Below are positions 1 to 11,215 of a stretch of 64,000 nt of DNA, piece after piece. The notes under the pieces are model-generated. The model saw only the letters and a list, made by a program, of their open reading frames with translations, was not told where the DNA came from and searched no databases. Numbering within the stretch: position 1 is the first letter of the stretch; each line of letters opens with the position of its first letter. The DNA comes from Paragordius varius (taxonomy: Eukaryota; Animalia; Nematomorpha). The DNA lies in the NCBI GenBank assembly GCA_964247055.1, contig OZ176060.1, forward strand, positions 186,001 to 250,000. The letters are read 5' to 3'. Both the position numbers and the translations under genes were made by a program.

Positions 1-2
1 AT

Positions 3-170
3 CACAATGGTTTAAATGAGACACCTGCACGACTATTCCTAAAACGAAATATACCGACACCGCTGTCCTGGATGAAAGGCAAACAAAGGATTATATCGAT
101 ACCTCAGATAATATACGTGAGTTCGTTCCAGGTGAGAAAGTGTTTATATTATTAAATTATGGACAAAATT
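3..170 (+). mobile_element. Ty3/Gypsy-like integrase C-terminal fragment (frameshifted, runs off the left edge of the window)
   Basis: Manual translation gives HNGLNETPARLFLKRNIPTPLSWM, then in a shifted frame QTKDYIDTSDNIREFVPGEKVFILLNYG. This resembles the Gypsy post-core pattern TPAELxxGRxLRTxL...QKxYYD...RxFxPGDxV. Confidence 0.5.
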
Positions 171-228
171 TTTATTATATCATACGCTTCTGTATTAATA
201 TTTGGCCAACAATAAATAAAGTACTATA

Positions 229-262
229 CAGTAAAAATCGAAATAATACGGACAAAACGTAA
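229..262 (+). mobile_element. Isolated TIR of the pogo/Tc1-like MITE family
   Basis: TA|CAGTAAAAATCGAAATAATACGGACAAAACGT matches the TIR of the paired copies elsewhere in the window. Confidence 0.55.
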
Positions 263-274
263 GAATATATACCA

Positions 275-357
275 TTCCCAGTCAAAAAACGTTTTCCCAG
301 TCATTCGAAACATTTTCCGAGTCAATCGAAATGTTTTCCCATTTAATAAAAACGGTT
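275..357. repeat. Minisatellite, about 4 x 19-22 bp
   Basis: Units ttcccagtcaaaaaacgtt / ttcccagtcattcgaaacatt / ttccgagtcaatcgaaatgtt / ttcccatttaataaaaacggtt. Confidence 0.7.
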
Positions 358-1224
358 TTAGTTTTGATGAATAATATCAAAACAAGATATAAAAACTTTG
401 AACCATTATCAGCAGAATATTAGGATATTATTTTTAATTAAAAACACAATTATTGAATGACAATTTTTCCAATTATATTCCAGTACACAATCATTAATGA
501 CTTATTCTTCAAAGGTTATATTTTTGGAATTTGAGTTAAGATAATATTTTTTATTTTATCGATGGTCCGCATTAATATTTGCGGATAACTTAAAAAATCT
601 ATAGTAATGGAGGAAATAATAAAATTTATAAAAATATACCATTTTTATCTCAGAGGTCATTTAACACTTCATATTATCTTAAACACAAACTTTACTCTAA
701 TTTTATAATATTTATCATTTGGTCCAGGGATGGCTAAATTGATATAGAAAATGCATTTTTAAAATGGTACAACATTCTTTTATAATATTTAATGTAAATA
801 TTCTGACACACCACTTTTCGAAATATAATAGGAAATATTTTAATCAAAATTTAATTTCTTAAAACATCGTTTTTGTTAGAGTATTTAAAATTATTAGAGT
901 TAAATTTTTGTTTGCTTAATAATAAATTTTAATAAATTGACTAATTTCGTAAAATATGCATTTTTTTAAAAAAAGGTAGTTATATGCAAAATGTATAATT
1001 TTATTACAAAATATTATTAATATACTGCTACTCATTTTTCTGCCTTTTTTATGTCATTCATTAAAATAAAATTTAAACTTAAAAAATTTAGCTTTTGCAA
1101 GTATTTATAAAGTTTTAATGAAAATTATCAAGTAAATGTATGGTTCTTATCAGTTAAAATATATATATTATTTCATTGTAAATATTTTTAACCACAAATT
1201 AATTGAACAACAAAAATTAAAATA

Positions 1225-1315
1225 TACAATGAAACGACAGACGATTTCATTTCTTAACGGTTTTTTTTAATTGTCTGCTTTTCATTTATTCGAAAAATAT
1301 TCAAAAATATTTAAA
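1225..1315 (+). repeat. Dispersed repeat family, six copies (also ~15450-15540 +; ~20790-20860, ~30870-30940, ~41330-41405, ~50980-51045 -)
   Basis: Shared core aatgaaacgacagacgatttcatttcttaacggtttttttaattgtctg is visible at all six positions. Confidence 0.8.
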
Positions 1316-1319
1316 GAAT

Positions 1320-1500
1320 CAGTAGCGTACCGATGGGGGGGCAAGGGAATGCATCATGCCCCGGGCGCCGTTATTTAGGGGCACCTAAATTAACATTTTA
1401 AATTAAATTTAAATTATTCATAAAAATAATAACTTTCAGGTAAGATTTTTCAGCAATTTACGTAATAATCCCTAAAATAATATAATAATTATATAAATGA
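1320..1500 (+). mobile_element. hAT-like MITE, left part only
   Basis: cagtagcgtaccgatggggggg...catgccccgggcgccgttatttaggggc is near-identical to the left end of the complete element at 39940-40279. Confidence 0.7.
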
Positions 1501-1576
1501 GATCAAGAGCAAACATTGTGCAAAAATAAACTTTCATGTATGAATTCCCTTCAACATCTGCCAACTATTTTTTCGC

Positions 1577-2085
1577 TTAACACTTGGATAAAACACATTC
1601 ATTTCAGTCCTTCCATATAAATTGGGGTAGTTGAATACCCCTGGCCTGTTTAGATTAATTACTTTAAAAACTATCAATGGAATTGAAACCATAGCAAAAG
1701 TTTGCATTTTTATAACCAATGAACCGAAATATTAAAAAAATTTATTCAAAAATACTTGATATAACATATTTTAAAGTAAAACCCAAAGCTAAAAATTTTC
1801 AATATATGTGTGTATTAGCAAAATTAAAAAATAATACAAAATAAACCATTTCTGTTTCTATCAGTAATAGATGGGATTTAACACTTCGATTCAAATTGGG
1901 GTATCTAAATACTCCAGACTAAATTTAAAATAATATTTTCAAAAAACTACTGAAGCAAACAATCCCAATTTAAATTTATGCTTCTATCCTAATAAAAATT
2001 ATATAAAAAAGCCAAAACATCTAGATAAAATTTCGCTTTGAAAAAAAGTTCCATGTCAAATTACTTGGACGCCATTTTTTTTAAT
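1577..2085. mobile_element. piggyBac-like MITE fragments (nested pair; reverse complement of the ~10700-11152 arrangement)
   Basis: TTAA|CACTTGGATA at 1577 and TTAA|CACTTCGATTCAAATTGGGGTA at 1878. The internal sequence is homologous to the 9116-11152 copies. Confidence 0.7.
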
Positions 2086-2210
2086 CATATTCAATTTTAA
2101 AATCCAAATTTATTCATTTAAATCCCCAAGATCATTCATCTCTAATAAGGTAAGTTTTTATTATTATAGCCTTGTATTTTTAAAATTACTTTCATTTTCA
2201 TCAGATATCA

Positions 2211-2372
2211 ATGCCTAAACTCAACGGTGACGCAAGTAGGAAACGAAATATCCAGGAAGAGAATAAAGCAAATGCAAATGAATATGAAATCTCATTTAAC
2301 GGAAATATTGATAACATTGAAAAAATGTATGGCGACACAAACATAACGGTACCCCTTATAATAATAACTTAA
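2211..2372 (+). CDS. Short ORF (53 aa, MPKLNGDASRKRNIQEENK...) after a candidate 55-nt GT-AG intron at 2150-2204; possible gene remnant
   Basis: gtaagt...ttcatcag lies directly upstream of the ATG and the ORF has coding-like composition. No recognisable homology. Confidence 0.2.
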   Translation: MPKLNGDASRKRNIQEENKANANEYEISFNGNIDNIEKMYGDTNITVPLIIIT

Positions 2373-2494
2373 ATAAACTTAAACCTTAGTTATTAATCCA
2401 ATAAATAGAGATGAGAAAACTACAAATATACCACTAGTAATTCCAAGCGCTATTATAGAGTTTAATGATTTCACCATTTAAAATTTACTAATAA

Positions 2495-5487
2495 TAATGT
2501 TCCCAGTACGGATATAAATTCTAGTATTCTAATTCCCAGTGATTGTTCGGTAAATAAAAATTATTTTAATTACTTTTCTAAAAATGAAGTCTCTTTATCT
2601 AATCGTTTTACTATTCTTGAGGAGAGTGTTGATGAGGAACCCACTTCATCGGTTACTCTACCTCCATCAAATAAAGTTTTAATAAATCCTCTGCTTTAAA
2701 TAAAAATACTTTTCCTTTCACTAATTTTAATAACCTTCTTGACTCCCACGACGAGAATTCCGACTGGGAGGACGTTTGTTCTTTAATAAGCTCTATTCAA
2801 AATGCATTATCTCCACCCTTGCTGATTATAGTAAGCCTAAATGTTTGGTTCATAAAGATATAAATATTCGTAGCATGTATAAGAAAAATAGAAAAAAAGC
2901 TATAAGATTGATCGTTGATGGCCCTCCATCCTCTTGTAAAATTAATAACGAAGATATAACAAATTATTTTAACAATACAATTGGCAAAAAATCTGAGCCT
3001 ATTAATTTTAATTATTCTAATAATTCTGTCCCTTTACTTGATTTTATTCCCTTTTCAGCATCTGAAGTTTCTGATAAATTAAGAAAAGTTTCTAACAGAT
3101 CCCCTGGTCCTGATGGTATTTCTTATACCAAATGATAGCAGGTGGATTTCAAAGGTATTCTTTTAACTAAATTTATGTTTAAGTCATAGAATGATTCCCA
3201 ATCATTGGAAGATAACTATGTCAATTTTAATTTCTAAGAAAGGGAGACCCTTACCTTGTTTCAAGTTGCAAGCCCCTTAAGCAATACTATTTATAAATTA
3301 TTTACTGTCCTTATTGCCAACCGTATTTCCAAGAATATTTTATAGAATAACTTATTCTCATCAGCTCAGAAAGGATTTATGCCTTTTGATGGCTGCTTTA
3401 AGCATAATTATATTGTAAATAAATCAATTTCCGATGCTAAACATAAAAAATTGATATTTTTGTAACTTTTATTGATATCAAGGCTGCGTTTGACTCGGTC
3501 CCTCACCAGCTGATTTTTGAATGTCTCCCTATTGGTATAGATGGTAATATTCAAGCTTTAATTAAGGATATTTACACAAATTCATGTACTCAGTTCTTTT
3601 CCGCCTCTGGGTTAACGCAACCCATTACTTTCTTGTCTGGCATTAAACAGGGGTGTCCAATTTCTGGCCTTCTTTTCAATTTGTCAATCGATTCTGTGTT
3701 GAGATCTATGGTGTTTAATGGTTACAATGTCCTCGCTTATGCTGATGACATTGTTTTATTGTCTGACTCTCCTGAACGTCATCAAGTTGGGCTCAACTTG
3801 CTAGAATGTCTTATTCAAGATATTGGTCTTTCGATCAAAGCTGAGAAGTGCAATATTGCTTCTTGTAGTCCTGTTTTTAAGATTGGTGAAGTTGTCATTC
3901 CCTCAATCGGTCAAGGTGAGTTTGTTAAATTTCATGGTAAGCCTGTAGGTCTCAATTTCATTAATCCCGTTCCTTCTACGGAAATTGTGGATAAAATACA
4001 TAGTTCTAGCCTCCTCCCCTGGCAAAAGCTAGACGCTATTAAAACTTTTTTCTATCCCACTATTTCTCACCAGTTGAGAAATAATGAGCTTAAAATGGTT
4101 ACAGGTGAATATCTAGATAAAAAGCTAACTAAAATTTTCAAATAAATTATAAATCTCTTAAGAGATGCTACTAACAATTATATTTTTGGCTCTTGTAATA
4201 AGGGCGCCTTAGGGATGCCCCTATTCCGAGATGACATTAATATATTCCGTATTGACTCCGCTTTCAAATTACTTAGCTAGATCCTTTTATAAGAGTTTCT
4301 GCTCTCGAGGAACTTAAGGTTTCGGCTAGCTTTCGTTTTAAGGTTCGATTAGATTCTATAACTCCCGATCAATTAAGCAAATATTTGTCTGGTTATGAGA
4401 ACCCTCTTGCCTCAAATCCAGCTAATAAATGCCAAAACATTTGGACAATAGCGAGAATTGCGTCTGAATCTCTCAAAATTTCCTGGTCTTTTGATGATTC
4501 TTTTCAGCCTATAGTAATTACAGAGTTCTCTAAAATCTCCCAAGACAATCGCTCAGCTGTTGTTTCTAACCTTCGATTTTATAAACGAAAGTTAAAGGAT
4601 ACTGAGCTAAACCATTTTGCTTTGCAGGGTTGGGTGATGGAGTGCGTTGCTGATGATAAGGTCAGTCACCACTTCCTATACAATAATAAGGATCTTCGCT
4701 TTAGAGACTGGAAACTCATCCATCGAGCCTGGATCAATCTCCTACCAACGAAAATGCGACTCTGGACGTCTGAACAAATGTGCCGTCGCTGCGGCAAATC
4801 GAAAGAAACCCAGGCACACGTTTTAAACCACTGCCTCAAAGATGATAATATAGTAACCAAAAGACTCAATGTCATAGTAGACCTGATTAAAGATAACCTC
4901 CCATCAAATTTCAAGGTCTTAAGTGAAAACCAAGCCATCGATTCGTCGAGACTACGCCCTGCCTGACCTCATTGTAACAAATGGCACTGATTGCTATATC
5001 ATTGATCCCACAGTACCGTTTGAAAACAGGCTAGAATCGTTCGAAACGGCTTTCAACAATAAAATAATTAATTATAGCTGTATGGCTCAACAATTACAGG
5101 AAACATACAGAAAACCCAAGTCATTCCAGTTGTTGTAGGGAGTCTCGGTTCCTGAAATTTAAAAAATGACATTCTATTCGACAAAATCAGATTCCGTTAC
5201 CGTACCCAACTTAAGAAATCAATAATTACAAGCATAATAAAATCTTCAGCCGACATGTACCACATGTTTATGAGCGGTCGAAATTCCATCATAGACAACA
5301 ACCCTACATCCTATGCATTATTGTAATATTTATATATATATTTCTTTTTTTTTATATTGATTTTATTATATATATATATATATATTAATATTTTCTCTTT
5401 CTTATCCCTTCTCCAAGCCCAATATTGTTGCGCAGCACTTTTCTTCATATATTCTAAATTGTATTTTTATATATATTAATAATTTAT
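2495..5487 (+). mobile_element. Utopia/NeSL-type RLE non-LTR retrotransposon copy 1 (5'-truncated, frameshifts and stops)
   Basis: ORF pieces contain RT motifs GIKQGCPISGLLFNL and LAYADDIVLL, WQKLDAIKTF, the CCHC knuckle CRRCGKSKETQAHVLNHC, and RLE motifs PDLIVTNGTDCYIIDPTVPFEN...NKIINY. Homologous to 53214-57092. Confidence 0.9.
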
Positions 5488-5509
5488 AAATAAACCATTT
5501 TTAAATATA

Positions 5510-6600
5510 ATGTATGAAATGACTGAAAAAGGAAAATGTATTAAAAAAAATATTACAATTGTTTATTATTAATTATTTGAATTTATAAAATGTCCGGATT
5601 ATTCACCCGTAAGTCATTAATTATAGTATATCCATAAGCGGATTTAGGTTAACAAATGATTTAGTTTTTGGTTTTTTTAATTTTGAATCAAATTATAGGC
5701 CGCGAACATTAGTGTTTATTTATATTTATTCTTTATAATCTAATATTTATTGACATATATTTTATTTTATAGGTCTTACATTAAAAATAGAAGATATACA
5801 GTTTAAACGTAAATTTAAGACGAATTTGTTTTAAAAGACAACCAGACTTTCCAAATATTTATTTCATATAAGCTCTTTAATTTAAATTATTATGGACTAT
5901 AGAATTTATTGAGTTGGTAATATTTATCCAAATTTCACACTTTGCCATTTTAAACAATATTTAAATGAATAAAGATATTTAAAGTATCGTTGTTTTTAAT
6001 TTTGTGTCTATTTTATATTTTACCACATATAATTCAAGAAACCCCTTTTTAAGATAAAATCAATGAATTTTAAAAAATAAAAATAGTTGGTATTATTTTA
6101 TGTAGTTAGCTTATGTTTTATTGAATTTCTAAAAAATCTAAACAATTTATTTTTCAGTTATTTACCTAGTTAGTCATCAGTTAGCATTGTAACATATTTT
6201 TTTTACATTCCAAAATAGTTTTGTTTAAAATTAAAATAGGTTATCATACATAACAATACTAAACATAAAAAAGATGGCATATTTATAGCTCAAAAGTACA
6301 TTAATTATTAATTTGATAAAAAAATATTTTAATAAAGATCATCATAAAACCATATAAACGAATACATCTTTTTAGATAAAAATTTGTGTATATTTATTTG
6401 ATGTAATAAAATTATTAATTCAAAAACTAATAACTGTTGACCTTTCTCTGAACTAATTCTCAACTTCAACTAAAAGAAAGTCAAATTTTTAACCAAATTA
6501 AATTCAGCTATACATAATTTTATAGTTACTCTACGTAAAATACATCTGCGCATTTTAGAGTAGAATTTGTAACATAGTGTAATATTAAATAATATTTAGT
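5510..6600 (+). repeat. Cassette segment downstream of the Utopia/U2 site (paralogues ~47000-48140, ~57105-58290, reverse ~33480-34467, partial ~26640-26800)
   Basis: Shared strings such as ggccgcgaacattagtgtt, aaagacaaccagactttcc, aaagatggcatattt, gaactaattctcaacttcaacta. Confidence 0.8.
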
Positions 6601-6690
6601 CATTATATAAAATGTTATCATTTTTTTAATCTATGATTTAAATTCGTATATATATTTACAGTAATATACGGACAAATAGGGTTGTGATTT

Positions 6691-6749
6691 TGACCCCCTT
6701 TTTGAAAAAGGGGGTCAGACCTAGGTCTGATCTAGGTCCGACCTAGGTC
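6691..6749. other. GC-rich palindromic island: perfect 13-bp hairpin plus three tandem palindromic decamers
   Basis: tgacccccttttt-g-aaaaagggggtca (6691-6717), then gacctaggtc / gatctaggtc / gacctaggtc at 11-bp spacing (6718-6749). Confidence 0.85.
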
Positions 6750-7225
6750 ATACCATATGTTATTGCCAATAATAAATAACTACCTACTAAATACTTGATT
6801 AAATCACATAAAAAAGGTTTTTGCATAAAGTATATATTTTTTTAAAATTATACTTTCACCAATCCTGATAATTTAAATTTGTATAATTAACGAACTTTCC
6901 TGGAATCATACATAGAAAGTTTATCCCAGAAAGCTAAGACTAACGAGAAAATATGGATTTATAAATATGTTTATGCTCTAATTATTTAGATTGTGTAAAA
7001 ACGAGGCACTGTCCATAAACTTAACGTTAACTTAGGATGGTTCAAAGTTTTCTTTTATTCTTTGAAATTTTTTATACGATTTATTAAATTTAATATGTAA
7101 TCGTGCTCAATACATTTTAAATTTCAGTAAAATTATTAAGTTTAATATATTCTTTGATCGAATTATTTAAACTATGCTATTGGCATCCATCCCATATTAT
7201 AAGAGTATAATCTTTATTTCTTTTT

Positions 7226-9115
7226 TATGATTCAACAATCAACCTTAAATAATGCATGTAACGGATTCTTTTTTAATTTGTAGAATCTATGTGCAGGATT
7301 TTAAAAATAATCTTATAGGTAAAAACATTGGTCTTTTATTTAAGCTTAAATACGTATTTGTCATTTGAAAATGATACTTGCGCTTCACTATATTCTTATA
7401 TTCTAGAATTCTACTTTATGATTCAAAAGTCAACCTTAAAGAATGCACGTAACGGATTCTTTTTTGATTTGTAGAGTCTAAATGCAGCATTTTAAAAATA
7501 ATCTTATAGGTAAAAACATTGGTCTTTTATTTGAGCTTAAATACGTTTGAAAATGTTACTTGCTCTTAACATTATTGAATTGTTGTTTTATAGAATTCAT
7601 ATTCATAATGTATATTGTGATTCAACAATCAACCTTTAATACATTGATTTAAAAAACACTATGAATTGAATAAAATACGTGGTAATTTTGTAACTGATTC
7701 TTTTTAAATTGTCGAGTATTTGTAGGATTTTGAAAATAATATAAAAGTAAAAAAAACATTGGTCTTTTATTTGAGCTTAAATACGTATTTGTCATTTGAA
7801 AATGATACTTGCGCTTCACTATATTCATTTCTTATATTCTAGAATTCTACTTTATGATTCAAAAGTCAACCTTAAAGAATGCACGTAACAATTCTTTTTT
7901 GATTTATAGAGTTTATGTGCAGCATTTTAAAAATAATCTTATAGGTAAAAATATTGTTTTAAGCTTAAATACGTATTTGTCATTTATGATATTTGGGCTT
8001 CACATTATTGATTTCTTATATTAAGAATTCTACTTTATGATTCAACAATCAACCTTAAATAATGCACGTAACGGATTCTTTTTTGATTTGTAGAGTCTAT
8101 ATGCAGCATTTTAAAAATAATCTTATAGGTAAAAATATTGGTCTTTATTTTGAGATCAAATACGTATTTGTTTTGAAATGATATTTGCGCTTGACATTAT
8201 TGATTTTTATATTCTCGAATTCTATTTTATGATTCAACAATCAACCTTAAATAATGCACGTAACGGATTCTTTTTTGATTTGTAGAGTCTATATGCAGCA
8301 TTTTAAAAATAATCTTATAGGTAAAAACATTGGTCTTTATTTTGAGATTAAATACGTATTTGTTTTGAAATGATATTTGCGCTTGACATTATTGAATTGT
8401 TGTTTTATAGAATTTATATTAATAATGTATATTTTGATTCGACAATCAACCTTAAATAATACATTGATTCAAAAAAACACTAAAATTGAATAAAATTCGT
8501 TGTAATTTTGTAATTGATTCTTTTTTAATGAGTTTGTGCAGGATTTTAAATATAATCTTATAGGTAAAAACATTGGTCTTTTATTTGATCTTAAATACGT
8601 TTGAAAATGTTACTTGCTCTTAACATTATTGAATTGTTGTTTTATAGAATTCATATAATGTATATTTTGATTCAACAATCAACCTTAAATAATACATTGA
8701 TTCAAAAAAACACTAAAATTGAATAAAATACGTTGTAATTTTGTAACCTATTATTTTAAAATGAGTTTTTGTGCAGGATTTTAAAATTAGTCTTATAGGT
8801 TAAAACATTGGTCTTTTATTTGAGCTTAAATACGTATTTGTTTTAAAATGATACTTGCGCTTCACATTATTAATTTCTTATATTATAGAATTTTATGATT
8901 TAAAAATCAACCTTAAATAATGCATGTAACGGATTCTTTTTTAATTTGTAGAGTCTATGTGCAGGATTTTAAAAATAATCTTATAGGTATAAACATTGGT
9001 ATTTTATTTGAGCTTAAATACGTGTTATGTTAAAAGAGCGCTTCACATTATTGATTTCTTAATTTATAGAATTCATATTTTAAATTTTATTTTTTGATTC
9101 AACAATCAACATTAA
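7226..9115. repeat. Tandem satellite, about 10 units of ~190-240 bp with two unit types
   Basis: Recurrent tgattcaacaatcaaccttaa at about 7228, 7418, 7617, 7856, 8038, 8229, 8436, 8668, 8896 and 9096. Type A carries gcacgtaacggattc; type B carries acattgattcaaaaaaacac. Confidence 0.9.
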
Positions 9116-9691
9116 CACTTTGATTCATGGGGTATCTAAATACCCCAGACTAAATTTAAATTAGGATTTTTAAAAAACTACTGAAGTAAACCGTACCAAT
9201 TTGAATTTATGCTTCTAAATAAAAATTATATAAATATGCCAAAATATCTAAATAAAATTCTATTTTTAAAAAAAAGGTTCCATGTCAAACTACTTCGACG
9301 CCATTTTTATTTTACAAAATTTTTGCAAAAAATCGTCCTCATTTAATTTTAAGGGTAAAATTAAAGCTAATTTTTTATTTAAATTTCATCTAACATTGAT
9401 AGAAATAGAAAAAGCGGTTTTGTTTGTATTATTTTTCAATTTTACCATTGCACGCATGCCACTTGGACTAAATTTTTACCTTTCGGTTTTAGCTTAAAAT
9501 AAGTAATATCAAGTATTTTTGAATAAATATTTTTACATATTTCAGTTATTAATGTTATATAAATGCAAGATTTTGCCATGGTTTCGATTTCCTCTATATT
9601 TTTTCAAGAATTTTTATTTTAAACAGACCTGGGGTATTTAACTACCCCAATTTGAATCGAAGGACTAAAATGAATGTGTTGTAATAAAGTG
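9116..9691 (+). mobile_element. piggyBac-like MITE (576 bp), TTAA-flanked, inserted into the last satellite unit
   Basis: TTAA at 9112-9115 and 9692-9695. Ends CACTT...AAGTG, with subterminal palindromes ggggta-n-tacccc at both ends. Confidence 0.8.
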
Positions 9692-9765
9692 TTAAATAAA
9701 GCATTTAATAAAAGACAATGAATAATATGTTATTAAATACGCGTAACAAGCAGCATATTTTTTGA

Positions 9766-10300
9766 CGCTTCGTTTCAAATTGGGGTATTCAAATACCCAT
9801 ACTAAATTTGAGTTAGGATTAAAAAACTACTGAAGGAAACGGTCCGAATTTAAATTTATGCTTCTATCTTAATTTATATAAATATGCCAAAATATTTAAA
9901 TAATATTTCGTGTTGAAAAAAAAGTTCCATGTCAAACTTCTTCGAAAGCCATTTTTATTTTACAAAATTTTTGCAGAATATTGTCTTAAAATTAGGTTAA
10001 AATTAATTTTAACTTTTATTAAATTTACATCTAACATTGATTATAGAATAAGCGGGTTTTTTTTCAATTTTACCATTGCACACATGCCACATTAACTAAT
10101 TTTTTACCTTTGGGATTTATTTTAAAATAAACAAAATCAAGCATTTTTAAATAAACTTTTTTATATATTTTAGTTTATGAATATTATTTAAGTGCGAAAT
10201 TTTTCCATGGTTTCAATTGCTTTTATAATATTAAAATGGGCCTGGGGTTTCCAACTACCTCAGTTTAAATCGATCGATTGAATTGAATGTGTTGTATCCA
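9766..10300 (+). mobile_element. piggyBac-like MITE, degenerate second copy
   Basis: cgcttcgtttcaaattggggtattc start and internal homology to 9116-9691. Confidence 0.7.
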
Positions 10301-10318
10301 AGCTCATTTTTTATTTAA

Positions 10319-10898
10319 CACTTGGATACAACACACTCATTTTAGTCTTTCGATTCAAATTGGGGTAGTTATATACCCCAGGCCTGTTTAAAATTAAATT
10401 CTTTAAAAAATATAGAAGGAATCGGGACATTGCAAAATTTTGCACTTATCTAACATTAATAAACCGAAATATATAAAAAATTTTATTCAAAAATACTTGA
10501 TATTACTTATTTTAAGCTAAAATTGAAAGGTAAAAATTTCGTCAACGTGACATGTGTCAAATTGTAAAATTGAAAAATTATACAAACAAAACCGCTTTTT
10601 CTATTTCTATCAATGTTAGATGTAATTTATATAAAAAATTAGCTTTAGTTTTACCCTTAAAATTAAATAAAGACGATATTTTGCAAAAATTTTGTAAAAT
10701 AAAAATGGCGTCGAAGTAGTTTGAGATGGAGCTTTTTTTTCAAAACAAAACTTTATCAAGATATTTTGACATATATATATAATATTTATCAGGATAGAAG
10801 CATAAATTTAAATTGGGACCGTTTCCTTCAGTAGTTTTTTAAAAATATTAATTTAATTTAGTCTGGGGTATTTAGATACCCCAATTTGAATCGAAGTG
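10319..10898 (-). mobile_element. piggyBac-like MITE (580 bp) nested in another copy at an internal TTAA
   Basis: TTAA at 10315-10318 and 10899-10902. The left flank (aagctcatttttttatt) and right flank (attatttcaaacattgatag) rejoin to the internal MITE sequence aagctaattttttatttaaatttcatctaacattgatag seen at ~9365-9400. Confidence 0.85.
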
Positions 10899-10902
10899 TT
10901 AA

Positions 10903-11152
10903 ATTATTTCAAACATTGATAGAAACAGAAAAACTGGTTTTTATATTTAGCTAATGCACATATGTCAGGTTGACCAAATTTTTACCTTTCGGTTTTAGTT
11001 TAAAATAAGTAATATTGAATATTTTTTTTATATTTTGTTTTATTAATGTTATTAAAGAGCAAAATTTTGCCATGGTCTCGATTCCTTCCATATTTTTTAA
11101 AATTTATAAGTTTAAACAGACTACCCCATAAATCGAAGGACTGAAATGAATG
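10903..11152 (+). mobile_element. Right half of the host piggyBac-like MITE
   Basis: Homologous to ~9385-9680, ending taccccataaatcgaaggactgaaatgaatgt. Confidence 0.75.
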
Positions 11153-11215
11153 TCCTAGTGCGTTTTTACAGATGAAAACCTTTTTAAAATAAAAGCGCTA
11201 AAGCAAAAATCAAAA

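Noticed and set aside
2495-5487. Classification of the RLE elements as rDNA-targeting R2/R4
   Set aside because: No 28S or 18S sequence appears at any junction or anywhere in the window, and the junctions match U2 instead.
7226-9115. Regularly spaced repeat as a possible CRISPR array
   Set aside because: The whole ~200-bp unit is repeated with no unique spacers, there are no cas genes, and the context is eukaryotic.
7809-10095. Short ORFs 7809-8024, 9282-9497, 9910-10095 and 1534-1719
   Set aside because: They lie inside satellite or MITE sequence, have low-complexity F/I/L/K composition, and the frames are not conserved between repeat copies.
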